Assembly: GCA_040901865.1 (NCBI GenBank)
Contig: JBBDYD010000006.1
Location: 1 to 54,655 of the forward strand
Length of the DNA stretch: 54,655 nt
Source of the DNA: Bacteroidota bacterium
Lineage (GTDB): Bacteria > Bacteroidota > Ignavibacteria > UBA10030
Direction of reading: 5' to 3'
Below are positions 36,350-45,846 of the stretch, in pieces. The translations under genes and the position numbers were made by a program. The notes below the pieces were generated by a model that saw only the letters and a list, made by a program, of their open reading frames with translations, did no database searches and was not told where the DNA came from. Position 1 is the stretch's first letter. The number at the start of each line of letters is the position of its first letter.

Positions 36350-37630
36350 TTACGTACCCGATTGCTGTTTCTTCAGTTCCTCAAGTTCAGAAATCCGGCT
36401 CTCATATTTTTCCCGGTCAGCCGGTTTGTTGATTGCCAGGGTCTTGTAAGCCTTGATGGCATCGTCATACCATCCCTGTTTGGCGTAAATTTCCGCAAGC
36501 GTGGGTGTGACAAATCCGGTTTCTGACGGTGTGTCAGCCTCGCTCGGAGTTGCGGAAGACCGGTCCGAAAGGTTGATAACCGGTGTAATTTTTCTAGCCT
36601 CTTTGAGTTTCTCCGCGATTTCTTCGATTTGATCTTTCGGCTCCGCGTCCGCGAAATTATCTTGTGATGTTTGCGCAAACGGGTCGTCGGCGGGTTCGGT
36701 CGAAGTCGACGATGATTCGATTGGTGTGGCCGGTTCTGCGGAATCGGCGTATTCGGTCAACGCTGCAAACGGGTCGGCGGAAACGGTTTCCTGCGAAGCG
36801 GGTTCTTCGGGTGTGACGGCTGGGGCGACCTCTTCAGAAAATGGGCCTTGATCAGGGGACGGCGGCACACCCTCACTCAGATATTCCTCGAGAGACATCG
36901 AGTTCTCAAGTCCGAACATCTCTCCGCGCTTCTGCTCGGCATAGGAAGCAAATGCTTCTGCAATCTGGGCCGAGGCCTCAGAAACCTGAGGGGCAGGTTC
37001 CGATGCAGCAAAGGTCTCCTGAACAGCCGAATCTGACGGGGGGGGTGTAAGCCCAAACGAGTCCGCTGTTTCGGCCGGGGCCTCCGAAGCTTGAAAAGTT
37101 TCCGCAGTCAATTCTTCAAATGATGGTGATTCTTCCTGCGGTTGTGTTTCAGCCTTGAGCGCCGGCTCTTCGACTGTCGGGTGCTCGGCTTCTTCGGTAA
37201 ACTGGGAAAGTAATTGATCGGCTTCCGCGATTGCGGGCTCGACTTTCTGAACAACCTCTGTTGTGATTGCCGACGCTTCCACGGTGGGTGTGGCCCTGCT
37301 CGTTTCGGTCAGGGATTCCTCGGGAGAAGGAGGAATCTGGGCAACCAACTGACCCACGGCCTCATTCAGCGGGAGCATTTGATGAACAAACTCGAACTCG
37401 CGCCGGGCTTCGGCCCGCATGTTCAGGGCAAGGAGTGTTTTTCCCTTAATCAGATGTCCTGTGGTGTAAAAGGGATAGTTGGCGAGTCCGGTGTCGCAGA
37501 CGGTCAGCGCATCCTGGGAGCGACCCGCTTCGAGATAGTAGCCCGCCAATTGGGCAAACAGAGGCGACCTGGGTTGGGCAGCTAGGTGTCTCTCGAGGGT
37601 CTGAATTCGTTGTGCGAGGGTTTCGATCAT
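36350..37630 (-). CDS. TPR protein with long acidic low-complexity linker
   Basis: N-terminal TPR-like helices (SPLFAQLA..Y), E/A/P/S-rich middle, C-terminal FVTPTLAEIYAKQG. Confidence 0.82.
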   Translation of the reverse strand: MIETLAQRIQTLERHLAAQPRSPLFAQLAGYYLEAGRSQDALTVCDTGLANYPFYTTGHLIKGKTLLALNMRAEARREFEFVHQMLPLNEAVGQLVAQIPPSPEESLTETSRATPTVEASAITTEVVQKVEPAIAEADQLLSQFTEEAEHPTVEEPALKAETQPQEESPSFEELTAETFQASEAPAETADSFGLTPPPSDSAVQETFAASEPAPQVSEASAQIAEAFASYAEQKRGEMFGLENSMSLEEYLSEGVPPSPDQGPFSEEVAPAVTPEEPASQETVSADPFAALTEYADSAEPATPIESSSTSTEPADDPFAQTSQDNFADAEPKDQIEEIAEKLKEARKITPVINLSDRSSATPSEADTPSETGFVTPTLAEIYAKQGWYDDAIKAYKTLAINKPADREKYESRISELEELKKQQSGT

Positions 37631-39144
37631 TCCGCCTTGTCAGTGAGCTTGCGGGCAAGCCAGGCATGTTTGATGGAGAGGGCCGAAACGAACGTGAATC
37701 CAGCGAAATAGAGCAACTGAAACGGCACGGCCGCAAGCTCCAGGTAGTATAATGAAGAAATTACGCCGAAGAAGCAATAGAATGCAAGAAGAACCTCGAC
37801 CGCGACGATCCAATCGATTTTTACAGGAACATATTTTTTCTCAAGCCAGGAATCGGACTTCCCTTCGATGTGGTATTTCGGAGTACGGATAAAATCACTC
37901 TTTCTCTTGAAGAGGCCCTCGAACACCGCCCTCGAATTGTTGACGGCAAACCCCATGCTTCCCGCCATAAACAACGGAAACAACATCAGCCGTCTTCGCC
38001 AGTCGGGATATACGCTCTTCTGCGACAGAAGATAAAACATGAAAGAGCCGATAAACGCGAGAACGAACACCGACATCAGGGAAAAATACAGTTCGTGTCC
38101 ACCGTGTTGCTTGATGAACATCAGCGGAACATTGAGAAGTCCGGCAAGGAGGATAAAGGGAAACACGATGTTGTTCGTCAGATGAAAGGTCGAATGGACC
38201 TTGACGCGGAATGGGATATCGGCCTTCCAGACCTGGGGAAGCAGCTTGCGCGCTGTCTCAATTGCTCCTTTGGTCCACCGGAATTGCTGGGTCTTCAGCG
38301 CATTGACTTCTGAGGGAAGCTCGGCAGGCGATGTGACATCGTTCAGATATTTGAATTTCCATCCGCGCAACTGCGCCCGGTAGCTGAGGTCAAGGTCCTC
38401 GGTGAGCGTGTCCGAATGCCAGTTCCCCGCGTCCAGGATCGCGGTCCTGCGCCATATGCCCCCAGTGCCATTGAAGTTGATAAAAAACCCCGCCTTGTTT
38501 CGAACGTCCTGTTCAATGACAAAGTGACCGTCCAGCGCCATCGCTTGTGTACGCGTCAGCAGGGAATACCCGCTGTTCAGGTGTTCCCACCGCGTCTGCA
38601 CCAGGCCGATGCGGGGGTCTTGATAAAAATACGGAATCGTCTTCTTGAGGAACTCCGGACGTGGAACAAAATCGGCATCAAAAATGGCCAGGAATTCGCC
38701 TTCAGCAGCCTGAAGTCCGGCCCGCAGGGCTCCTGCTTTGAATCCGGATCTGTCTGAGCGCATGACATGTTTGATATTGATCCCGCGCCCACGGTGGAGC
38801 CGAACGCTTTCCGCTGCGAGCGCTCGTGTCTCATCCGTCGAATCATCCAGCACCTGGATTTCCAATTTGTCTTTCGGGTAATCAAGTGCACAGACGGCGT
38901 CGATAAGCCGGTTGACAACGTAGAGCTCGTTGAAAATCGGAAGTTGGACAGTGACAAACGGGACCTCCCCCATCAACGGAGGGACGTCCTTCAGCTTCCG
39001 TTGTCTCAAATAGTGAAAAACCATCACAAATCCATGCGCCCCGAACATGAAGAGAATGAGCAGTGAAATAAAATAGAGAATCAGAACAGCATCGGAAAAC
39101 CAGGGGTTCTCCGCGAGTTCCTGTCTAAGCAACGCTATAAGCAT
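37627..39144 (-). CDS. GT2 membrane glycosyltransferase (cellulose-synthase-like)
   Basis: QLPIFNE, DDSTD, FKAGAL, FDADF, TED, QQFRW (D,D,D,QxxRW). Confidence 0.92.
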   Translation of the reverse strand: MLIALLRQELAENPWFSDAVLILYFISLLILFMFGAHGFVMVFHYLRQRKLKDVPPLMGEVPFVTVQLPIFNELYVVNRLIDAVCALDYPKDKLEIQVLDDSTDETRALAAESVRLHRGRGINIKHVMRSDRSGFKAGALRAGLQAAEGEFLAIFDADFVPRPEFLKKTIPYFYQDPRIGLVQTRWEHLNSGYSLLTRTQAMALDGHFVIEQDVRNKAGFFINFNGTGGIWRRTAILDAGNWHSDTLTEDLDLSYRAQLRGWKFKYLNDVTSPAELPSEVNALKTQQFRWTKGAIETARKLLPQVWKADIPFRVKVHSTFHLTNNIVFPFILLAGLLNVPLMFIKQHGGHELYFSLMSVFVLAFIGSFMFYLLSQKSVYPDWRRRLMLFPLFMAGSMGFAVNNSRAVFEGLFKRKSDFIRTPKYHIEGKSDSWLEKKYVPVKIDWIVAVEVLLAFYCFFGVISSLYYLELAAVPFQLLYFAGFTFVSALSIKHAWLARKLTDKAE

Positions 39145-39147
39145 ACA

Positions 39148-39657
39148 TTACCATCCTGCGACTGTTTCGTTGAGAATATCTTCTGTGAGTTTTCTGACGG
39201 CTTCCTGGACGCCTTCATTGCGTTTAGTCGGACCGGCACCTGATGGGAAGTCGCCCCACTGGCTAAAGTCCTTTTCCCAGATCGTCTTTCTGAGTTTGAC
39301 ATCGGTGAACACAACATGCGCCGTAACGGAAATGCGGCGTTCTGCAACCTGTTCGCCCGGCTTGACGACGGTGGGCGTTTCAGTCACCGCTATGACAACG
39401 GTTTCGAGAACGGCATCTGCGCCGACGCGCTCCGAGAGCGTCAGACTTCCATCGCTTGTGAAAATATCCACCAGCTGAAGCGTGAAGAGATCTTTGAGCG
39501 CGGGGTCTCCGTACCCGCTCTGGTCCTGGACAATCGGAATGGCGATCGTCTTTAGGTGGGGTGGGACCGTTCCACCGGAGAACGAATAACAGCCGCTTAT
39601 CAGACCTATCGAAAAGGCAAGGAGCAGCAACACCAAAGAGAAGGCAAGGCTACGCAT
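39148..39657 (-). CDS. LptE-like lipoprotein
   Basis: Lipobox ISGC followed by YSFSG, KTIAIP, C-terminal W; position after the sigma54 activator. Confidence 0.75.
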   Translation of the reverse strand: MRSLAFSLVLLLLAFSIGLISGCYSFSGGTVPPHLKTIAIPIVQDQSGYGDPALKDLFTLQLVDIFTSDGSLTLSERVGADAVLETVVIAVTETPTVVKPGEQVAERRISVTAHVVFTDVKLRKTIWEKDFSQWGDFPSGAGPTKRNEGVQEAVRKLTEDILNETVAGW

Positions 39658-40783
39658 TCAATCCATACTCCTTGATCTTTCGGTACAGCGTCCGTTCGCT
39701 GATGTTCAGCTCCCGGGCCGCAAGACGGCGATTGCCTTCGTGCCGATCCAGCGCGCGTTGAATCATCTGCCGTTCCATTTGATCCAGGGAAACCGTTCCG
39801 TTGCCATTGGCCTGATCGGCCTGGGGAATGGGCTCACCGGGGTGCCGGGGTTGCTGTGTGACAAGATCCCGTAGTTCGAGGATATCTGCCTTCAGGTCGA
39901 GAAGCGCCCGATAGATAAGCTCACGCTCAGCCTGCTCGACTGTTCTGTTTGCGACCACGGGGAGGTTCCGCGATCCGCGGGTGTCAATACCTTCAGTGCC
40001 AAAGAGCTGTTTTCTCACGTGCTCAGCTCCGATTTGGTTTCCATTCTCCAAGACGATCAAGCTTTCAACGACATTTCGGAGTTCTCGCACATTTCCCGGC
40101 CAGTCGTAATCCAACATGGCCTGCCTGGCTTCTTCAGTAAAGCCCGCAAACGAAATGTTGTTCTTTTGAACAAACTCGCGGACGAACTGCTCCATGAGCA
40201 TGGGAATGTCTCCCCTGCGGTCCCGCAGGGGTGGAACCCAGAGGTTAACGGATCGTAGCCGGAAGTAGAGATCGGGCCTGAACCGCTTTTGCTGTACTTC
40301 GAATTCGAGATTCTTGTTGGTGGCGGCAATGACCCGCACGTCCGTCGTGCGCGGGACAGGCGATCCGACACGCGTGAATTCTCCGTTTTCAAGAACCCGG
40401 AGGAGCTTTACCTGGGTTGCGAGGGGTGTCTCGCCGATTTCATCGAGGAAGATCGTGCTGCCGTCGGCAATCTCAAAATACCCGCGTCGCGTGTCAATGG
40501 CGCTTGTGAAAGAGCCCTTTTCATGACCGAACAATTCGCTTTCGATAAGGCCTTCCGGAATGGCACCGCAATTGACGGTTATAAGCGGTTTTTTTGACCG
40601 CTTACTGGCGGCGTGAATGGCCCGAGCGATGATTTCCTTGCCAACACCGCTTTCACCCGTAACCAGCACGGTAATGTCCGCCGGGGCAACCTGCCGTATG
40701 ACGTCGACAATCTCGACTATCTCGGGCGACGACCCGACAATCCCGTGTTCTTTCTGAAACTCTTCCCGTGTCATTCCTTCCAT
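39650..40783 (-). CDS. Sigma-54-interacting AAA+ regulator with Fis HTH, no receiver domain
   Basis: [46 protein letters not shown]. Confidence 0.93.
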   Translation of the reverse strand: MEGMTREEFQKEHGIVGSSPEIVEIVDVIRQVAPADITVLVTGESGVGKEIIARAIHAASKRSKKPLITVNCGAIPEGLIESELFGHEKGSFTSAIDTRRGYFEIADGSTIFLDEIGETPLATQVKLLRVLENGEFTRVGSPVPRTTDVRVIAATNKNLEFEVQQKRFRPDLYFRLRSVNLWVPPLRDRRGDIPMLMEQFVREFVQKNNISFAGFTEEARQAMLDYDWPGNVRELRNVVESLIVLENGNQIGAEHVRKQLFGTEGIDTRGSRNLPVVANRTVEQAERELIYRALLDLKADILELRDLVTQQPRHPGEPIPQADQANGNGTVSLDQMERQMIQRALDRHEGNRRLAARELNISERTLYRKIKEYGLNA

Positions 40784-40789
40784 CGGCCC

Positions 40790-41494
40790 TCAACGCGACA
40801 CGACAATGGATTCAAGGCCGAATTTTCGGCGGATTTCTGCGGTAAACCGTTTGGCATCCTCGTACGTCTGGAATTCGCCGACCCAGACTTTGTGCAGTTT
40901 GCGGCTGTCGTTGACAATGGTAAAGATATTGGAAGAATAGTTTTCCTTTTCAAATTTTGCCTTCAGTTCTTCGGCATTTTGCAGGGTGGAGAACGCTCCC
41001 ACCTGGACGGTAAATGACGTCGGATATTTCTCTACCGACCCTGTCGGTTTCACGTCAGCCGGTGCGTCCTGCACCTGCGTTTTTGTCTCAGGAGGTTTTT
41101 CTGCCACGGCATAGGTTGAAAACGGGAATTCCTGCCTCAGTTGCTGGAGTTTCTGGTCGCCTGTTTTATATAAGCCGATGGAGTAGAAGTACTGATAGAG
41201 CTTGTACATTGCATCGTCGGCCCACTCGTTTTTCGGAAAGTTGTCAACAATGTTTTGATACAATTTGGCGGCTTCGCTCCCATCCGTCGTCAAAACGGCC
41301 TGGAGGTACAGCACGCCCGGATGGTTTTGATAATTGGTCATCAATGCGGGGAGCTCCGCCTTCACGGCGTCATCCTGACCGCGCTCTATCATTTCGAGCC
41401 GGCGCTGAACGTCCAACGGACCCTCCTGCGCCGAAACAAAGGTGATGAACAAGAGAATGCCTGCCATGGTTTTCATAGTCGTCTCCGTCTTCAT
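40790..41494 (-). CDS. Exported TPR + SPOR domain protein
   Basis: Signal peptide; helical repeat; FTVQVGAFS..NA..HKVWVG SPOR motif. Confidence 0.85.
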   Translation of the reverse strand: MKTETTMKTMAGILLFITFVSAQEGPLDVQRRLEMIERGQDDAVKAELPALMTNYQNHPGVLYLQAVLTTDGSEAAKLYQNIVDNFPKNEWADDAMYKLYQYFYSIGLYKTGDQKLQQLRQEFPFSTYAVAEKPPETKTQVQDAPADVKPTGSVEKYPTSFTVQVGAFSTLQNAEELKAKFEKENYSSNIFTIVNDSRKLHKVWVGEFQTYEDAKRFTAEIRRKFGLESIVVSR

Positions 41495-42840
41495 CCGTTG
41501 ACCGCGACCCGCTGTTCCGCCGAACGATGGACGATCGTGCCGAACAATGTTGCAGAATTTACCCGTTCAATGCGTACGCGCCGGTATTCGCCGGCCAGGA
41601 TCCCATGCTGGGCAAACACGACCATCCTGTTCGAATCCGTCCGGCCTACAAGATCGTCGATTGATTTCCTGCTCGGTCCCTCAACAAGCACTTCCTCTTC
41701 GGTGCCGATCAAGGTCTGGTTTCGGCGGAGGGAAATAGCACGCTGAAGTTCGATGATCTCGTTCAGCCGGTGAACCTTTGTTGCCTCCGCAACCGAATCA
41801 CCCATGTGCCAGGCCTTGGTGTTCGCCCGTGGGGAATACTTGAAAGTGAAAGCCCCGTCAAACTCCATTTCCTGGATCAAGTCCAATGTCATCCGGTGAT
41901 CAACGTCTGTTTCCGTGGGAAACCCGGCGATGATGTCGGTGGAGAGGCTGACATCGGGAATCGTCCGGCGGATTCGCCCAACCAGCGCCCGGTACTCGTC
42001 GGCGGTGTAGGTACGGTTCATCATTTGAAGTATGCGATCGGATCCGGACTGCACCGGTAAATGGACATAGTTGCAGATGTTCTTATGCGCAGCGATGGTC
42101 GCGATAAGTTTGTCGGACATGTCCTGCGGATGCGACGTTGTGAAACGGACGCGCAACGAGGAATCGAGTCGCGCGACGGCCGCCATCAAATCGGCAAAAT
42201 CAAATCCCCCCTCTTCATCGCGGTATGAATTCACGTTCTGACCAAGGAGTGTGACCTCTCTGAATCCCCGCTCGGCCAGGCCGGCGATTTCCTGCGTAAC
42301 GCTTCGGAGAGAACGGCTGCGCTCCCGGCCGCGGGTGAATGGCACGACACAGAACGTGCAAAACTTGTCGCATCCGCGCATCACGGATACCCACGCGGTG
42401 ATGCCATCGGTGCGAAGAGGAATGATGTCGTCGTAATTCTCGACACGCGAAAGGCGCACGGCAATTCCCTTTTCGCCCTGGATCGCGTGATCGACGAGTT
42501 CCGGAAGGCGCCGGTACTCATCAGGCCCCACAACAAGGTCGACGGCCGATTCTGACTGCAGCAAATCCTTCCGAAGCCGTTCTGCCATACAGCCAAGCAC
42601 TCCAACAACCACCCCGGGATTGGATTTCTTAAGATGTTTGAAATCCCCAATCCTGCCATAGATACGCTGTTCGGCATTCTCCCGGACGGCACAGGTATTG
42701 ACAAAAATGACATCCGCCTGCGACAGTTCTTCCGTCCGGGCATAGCCGGCGCTCTTCAGAATGCTCAGAACCACTTCGCTGTCCGCGACGTTCATCTGAC
42801 AACCGTATGTTTCCAAATACACTTTTCGTTGACTGGTCAT
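41491..42840 (-). CDS. miaB: tRNA-i6A37 methylthiotransferase
   Basis: TYGCQMN, NTCAVRE, GCMAE, CDKFCTFC radical-SAM motif, LLGQNVNSY, TRAM tail. Confidence 0.96.
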   Translation of the reverse strand: MTSQRKVYLETYGCQMNVADSEVVLSILKSAGYARTEELSQADVIFVNTCAVRENAEQRIYGRIGDFKHLKKSNPGVVVGVLGCMAERLRKDLLQSESAVDLVVGPDEYRRLPELVDHAIQGEKGIAVRLSRVENYDDIIPLRTDGITAWVSVMRGCDKFCTFCVVPFTRGRERSRSLRSVTQEIAGLAERGFREVTLLGQNVNSYRDEEGGFDFADLMAAVARLDSSLRVRFTTSHPQDMSDKLIATIAAHKNICNYVHLPVQSGSDRILQMMNRTYTADEYRALVGRIRRTIPDVSLSTDIIAGFPTETDVDHRMTLDLIQEMEFDGAFTFKYSPRANTKAWHMGDSVAEATKVHRLNEIIELQRAISLRRNQTLIGTEEEVLVEGPSRKSIDDLVGRTDSNRMVVFAQHGILAGEYRRVRIERVNSATLFGTIVHRSAEQRVAVNG

Positions 42841-42998
42841 ATCCTACTTGTCCAAGAGACTCAAATCTAACCAAACTATGACATTCTGTCAAATTTCGGC
42901 AATTTAATTAACTTCTTTTAATGTAACATGTTTTTACCGTTTTTTCTATCGCCAAGAGAACCTTCTGTTGACAAATCGGCAGAATCCCAGCCATTTCA

Positions 42999-43027
42999 TT
43001 GAATAGGTTCCTTTTGGGTAGTATATT
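42999..43027 (+). promoter_or_regulatory. Putative sigma70-type promoter of pta
   Basis: TTGAAT-N17-TATATT in an AT-rich divergent intergenic region. Confidence 0.5.
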
Positions 43028-43080
43028 GAAGCGTGGTGACAGAGAACTTTCTTTGATTTTCTTACAATAAAGGCAAACCG

Positions 43081-44061
43081 ATGCCGTCCATCATCGAAAC
43101 AATAAAAACGAAATCAAAATCACTCAAGAAGCATATCGTGTTGCCGGATGCGACGGACGAACGGGTTCTTCATGCGGCGCGTGCTTGCACAGACGCGGGA
43201 ATCGCAACGGTGTCGCTCATCGGGAAAGAGCCCGAGATTCGCGCACTTGCCGAGAAGCACAGCATCGCCCTGACAGGAATTCGCATCGTGGATCCGGAGC
43301 GATCCGAACGTTCGAGCGATTTCAGTCATGTGTACTTTAACCTTCGAAAAGCCAAGGGTGTGACGTTCGAGGATGCGCAAGCTGTCATGAAGCGTCCGTT
43401 GTTTTTTGGGGCGATGATGGTACGGGAGGGATTGGCAGATGGGAGCGTCGCGGGATCGCTTTCAACAACGGCAGACGTCCTCAGGGCCGGGATTCAGGTG
43501 ATCGGAGTGAAACCCGGCATCAGTGTTGTCTCGAGTTTCTTTCTGATGGTGTTTCCCTATACCGTGTACACCTTTGCAGACGGCGCCGTAGTGCCCGATC
43601 CGACAGCAGAGCAACTTGCCGATATCGCAATCGCCTCGGCCGAGAATCATCTAAAGCTGACAGGTGAAGAGCCGCGTGTGGCAATGCTTTCGTTTTCGAC
43701 CAAAGGAAGCGCCGAGCATCCGTTCGTGGAGAAGGTCAGGCAGGCGACAGCCATCGTTCGCAAAAAAGCCGCGACACTAATCGTCGATGGAGAACTGCAA
43801 TTGGATGCAGCCATTGTGCCGGGGGTTGCAGACCGCAAGGCGCCGGGAAGTCCGGTAGGCGGGCGCGCCAATGTCCTGGTGTTTCCGGATTTAAATGCAG
43901 GAAACATTGGATACAAACTGGCGCAGCGAATGGCGGGAGCGGAAGCTCTCGGCCCGATTGTCCAGGGACTGAATAAGCCGGCGTTCGATCTTTCGCGAGG
44001 AGCGAGCGTGTCGGACATCGTGACGGTGATTGCCATCAACGCAGTCATGGGGGCGTCCTAA
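43081..44061 (+). CDS. pta: Phosphate acetyltransferase
   Basis: [47 protein letters not shown]. Confidence 0.93.
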   Translation: MPSIIETIKTKSKSLKKHIVLPDATDERVLHAARACTDAGIATVSLIGKEPEIRALAEKHSIALTGIRIVDPERSERSSDFSHVYFNLRKAKGVTFEDAQAVMKRPLFFGAMMVREGLADGSVAGSLSTTADVLRAGIQVIGVKPGISVVSSFFLMVFPYTVYTFADGAVVPDPTAEQLADIAIASAENHLKLTGEEPRVAMLSFSTKGSAEHPFVEKVRQATAIVRKKAATLIVDGELQLDAAIVPGVADRKAPGSPVGGRANVLVFPDLNAGNIGYKLAQRMAGAEALGPIVQGLNKPAFDLSRGASVSDIVTVIAINAVMGAS

Positions 44062-45213
44062 GTGAAAGTGCGTCACGCATTTCTTGACGTGTATCGCGGC
44101 CTTATCGTTCTCCTCATGATCGAAGGTCATGCTGTCCGTGAGTTCCTGCTGCCGTCCCTGCAAACTTCGGGCGGGTTCCGGATTCACGAATTCATCCACG
44201 GCGTCACCGGCCCGGGGTTCCTCTTTGGGGCTGGAATCACCTTTGGTATTTCCATACAACACCGGTGGGCAGAGTATCTTTCTCTTACTCCCACCCTCTT
44301 TCGCCGAATCCGCAGGATCATGCTCTTGATCCTCCTCGGTTATGCGCTGCATCTTCCATTTCTATCCCTGCAGAAGACGCTTTCGGCATCGACTCGGGAG
44401 CAATGGTTAAGTTTGTACGATGTTGACGTACTTCAGTGCATCGGATTCACCCTCCTGATCGCCCATCTGCTCATGTTCGTTGTCCGTCAGGAACGGTGGT
44501 TCCCCGCGACCCTGCTGCTCGCGATGCTAGGCGTTTTGTTTGCAACGCCGTTCGTATGGGAAACAGATCTTACGCACCTCCCGGTGGCAGTCTCGATGGC
44601 TTTGCAAGGTGCTTTGGGGTCAGTGTATCCGCTGTTTCCCTACTCCGCTTTCCTCTTCGCAGGGGCGTTTGCATCTTACGAATTTATGAAATTTGCCCAA
44701 ATAGGCCGTGAAGATGTCTTTGTGAAGCGCCTGGCCCTGGCCGGCCTTTTTCTTATTGTGAGCGGGACCGTTCTCCTGGCGGCTACCAAGGGATCTGAGT
44801 TGGGGGCTGAGTTCTGGAATGGCGATCCGATTATGGTACTCATAAAGCTCGGCTCCCTGTTTGTCCTCTTGAGCGGAGCATGGCTGTTTGAGAAGAACCT
44901 TCGTTCCTTATGGGATTCGGCGCCCATGCGATGGATCGTTCTGATAGGGGTCGAATCACTGTTTGTGTATGTTCTCCATCTCGTTCTTTTATATGGAAGC
45001 GTCATCAATGCCGACGTACATTTTTCCACACTGTGGAAGGGCCGGCTTGATTGGACCTCTGCATTGGCCATGAGCGTTGTATTCACCGGGATCCTTGCCC
45101 TGAGCGCCTGGGCCTGGAACAAGGTCAAAATAGGTCACCCCGAATTGTCTCGTTTGATCATGTTGTGGATGGTTATTGTCTTCGGATACGAGTTTCTAAC
45201 AAGGGCATATTGA
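44062..45213 (+). CDS. DUF1624/HGSNAT-like membrane acyltransferase
   Basis: LDVYRGLIVLLMIEGH, DVLQCIG, YPLFPY, SLFVYVLH. Confidence 0.78.
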   Translation: MKVRHAFLDVYRGLIVLLMIEGHAVREFLLPSLQTSGGFRIHEFIHGVTGPGFLFGAGITFGISIQHRWAEYLSLTPTLFRRIRRIMLLILLGYALHLPFLSLQKTLSASTREQWLSLYDVDVLQCIGFTLLIAHLLMFVVRQERWFPATLLLAMLGVLFATPFVWETDLTHLPVAVSMALQGALGSVYPLFPYSAFLFAGAFASYEFMKFAQIGREDVFVKRLALAGLFLIVSGTVLLAATKGSELGAEFWNGDPIMVLIKLGSLFVLLSGAWLFEKNLRSLWDSAPMRWIVLIGVESLFVYVLHLVLLYGSVINADVHFSTLWKGRLDWTSALAMSVVFTGILALSAWAWNKVKIGHPELSRLIMLWMVIVFGYEFLTRAY

Positions 45214-45282
45214 GTGGGTGGTTTTCTATTCTATGGTTGACTACTGCTCCTTGAAACCTTAAACCTTAAACCCAACCAACCC

Positions 45283-45786
45283 ATGGGAATCAAAATCTTC
45301 GTTACAGGCGGAACGTTCGACAAGGAGTATAACGAAATTGCCGGAAAACTCTTTTTCAAGGAAACGCACCTGCCTGAAATGCTGAAACTTGGGCGATGCA
45401 GGGTTCCGGTAAGTGTGCAAACTCTGATGCTGGTGGACAGTCTGGAGATGTCCGAAGAGGACCGGCAGTCGATTGTCGATCATTGCCGGGAAGCTGCGGA
45501 AGAACGGATTGTCATCACACACGGGACTGACACGATGGAACAGACCGCGCGGGCATTAGGGAAGGCAATCACGGACAAAACCATCGTGCTCACGGGCGCG
45601 ATGGTTCCGTACAAGTTCGGAAGCTCCGACGGTTTGTTCAATCTTGGCAGCGCAGTCACTTTCGTGCAAACCCTGCCCCGGGGCGTTTACATTGCAATGA
45701 ATGGCCGCTATTTTTCATGGGACAACGTCCACAAAAACTTGGAGGCGGGAGAATTCGAAGAAATTAAGCCCTCCCGCAAATCCTGA
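45283..45786 (+). CDS. Short (single-domain) L-asparaginase
   Basis: TGGTFDK, DS, THGTDTM, LTGAM, FNLG; only 167 aa. Confidence 0.88.
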   Translation: MGIKIFVTGGTFDKEYNEIAGKLFFKETHLPEMLKLGRCRVPVSVQTLMLVDSLEMSEEDRQSIVDHCREAAEERIVITHGTDTMEQTARALGKAITDKTIVLTGAMVPYKFGSSDGLFNLGSAVTFVQTLPRGVYIAMNGRYFSWDNVHKNLEAGEFEEIKPSRKS

Positions 45787-45846
45787 ATTCGGTTTGGAAC
45801 TCTTTTTTCTTTTTCCTACCATGCCACACCACGTCAAACGAACACT

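Noticed and set aside
45283-45786. Asparaginase as a truncated pseudogene
   Set aside because: It has a clean start and stop with both catalytic Thr motifs, and short single-domain asparaginases are a known class.
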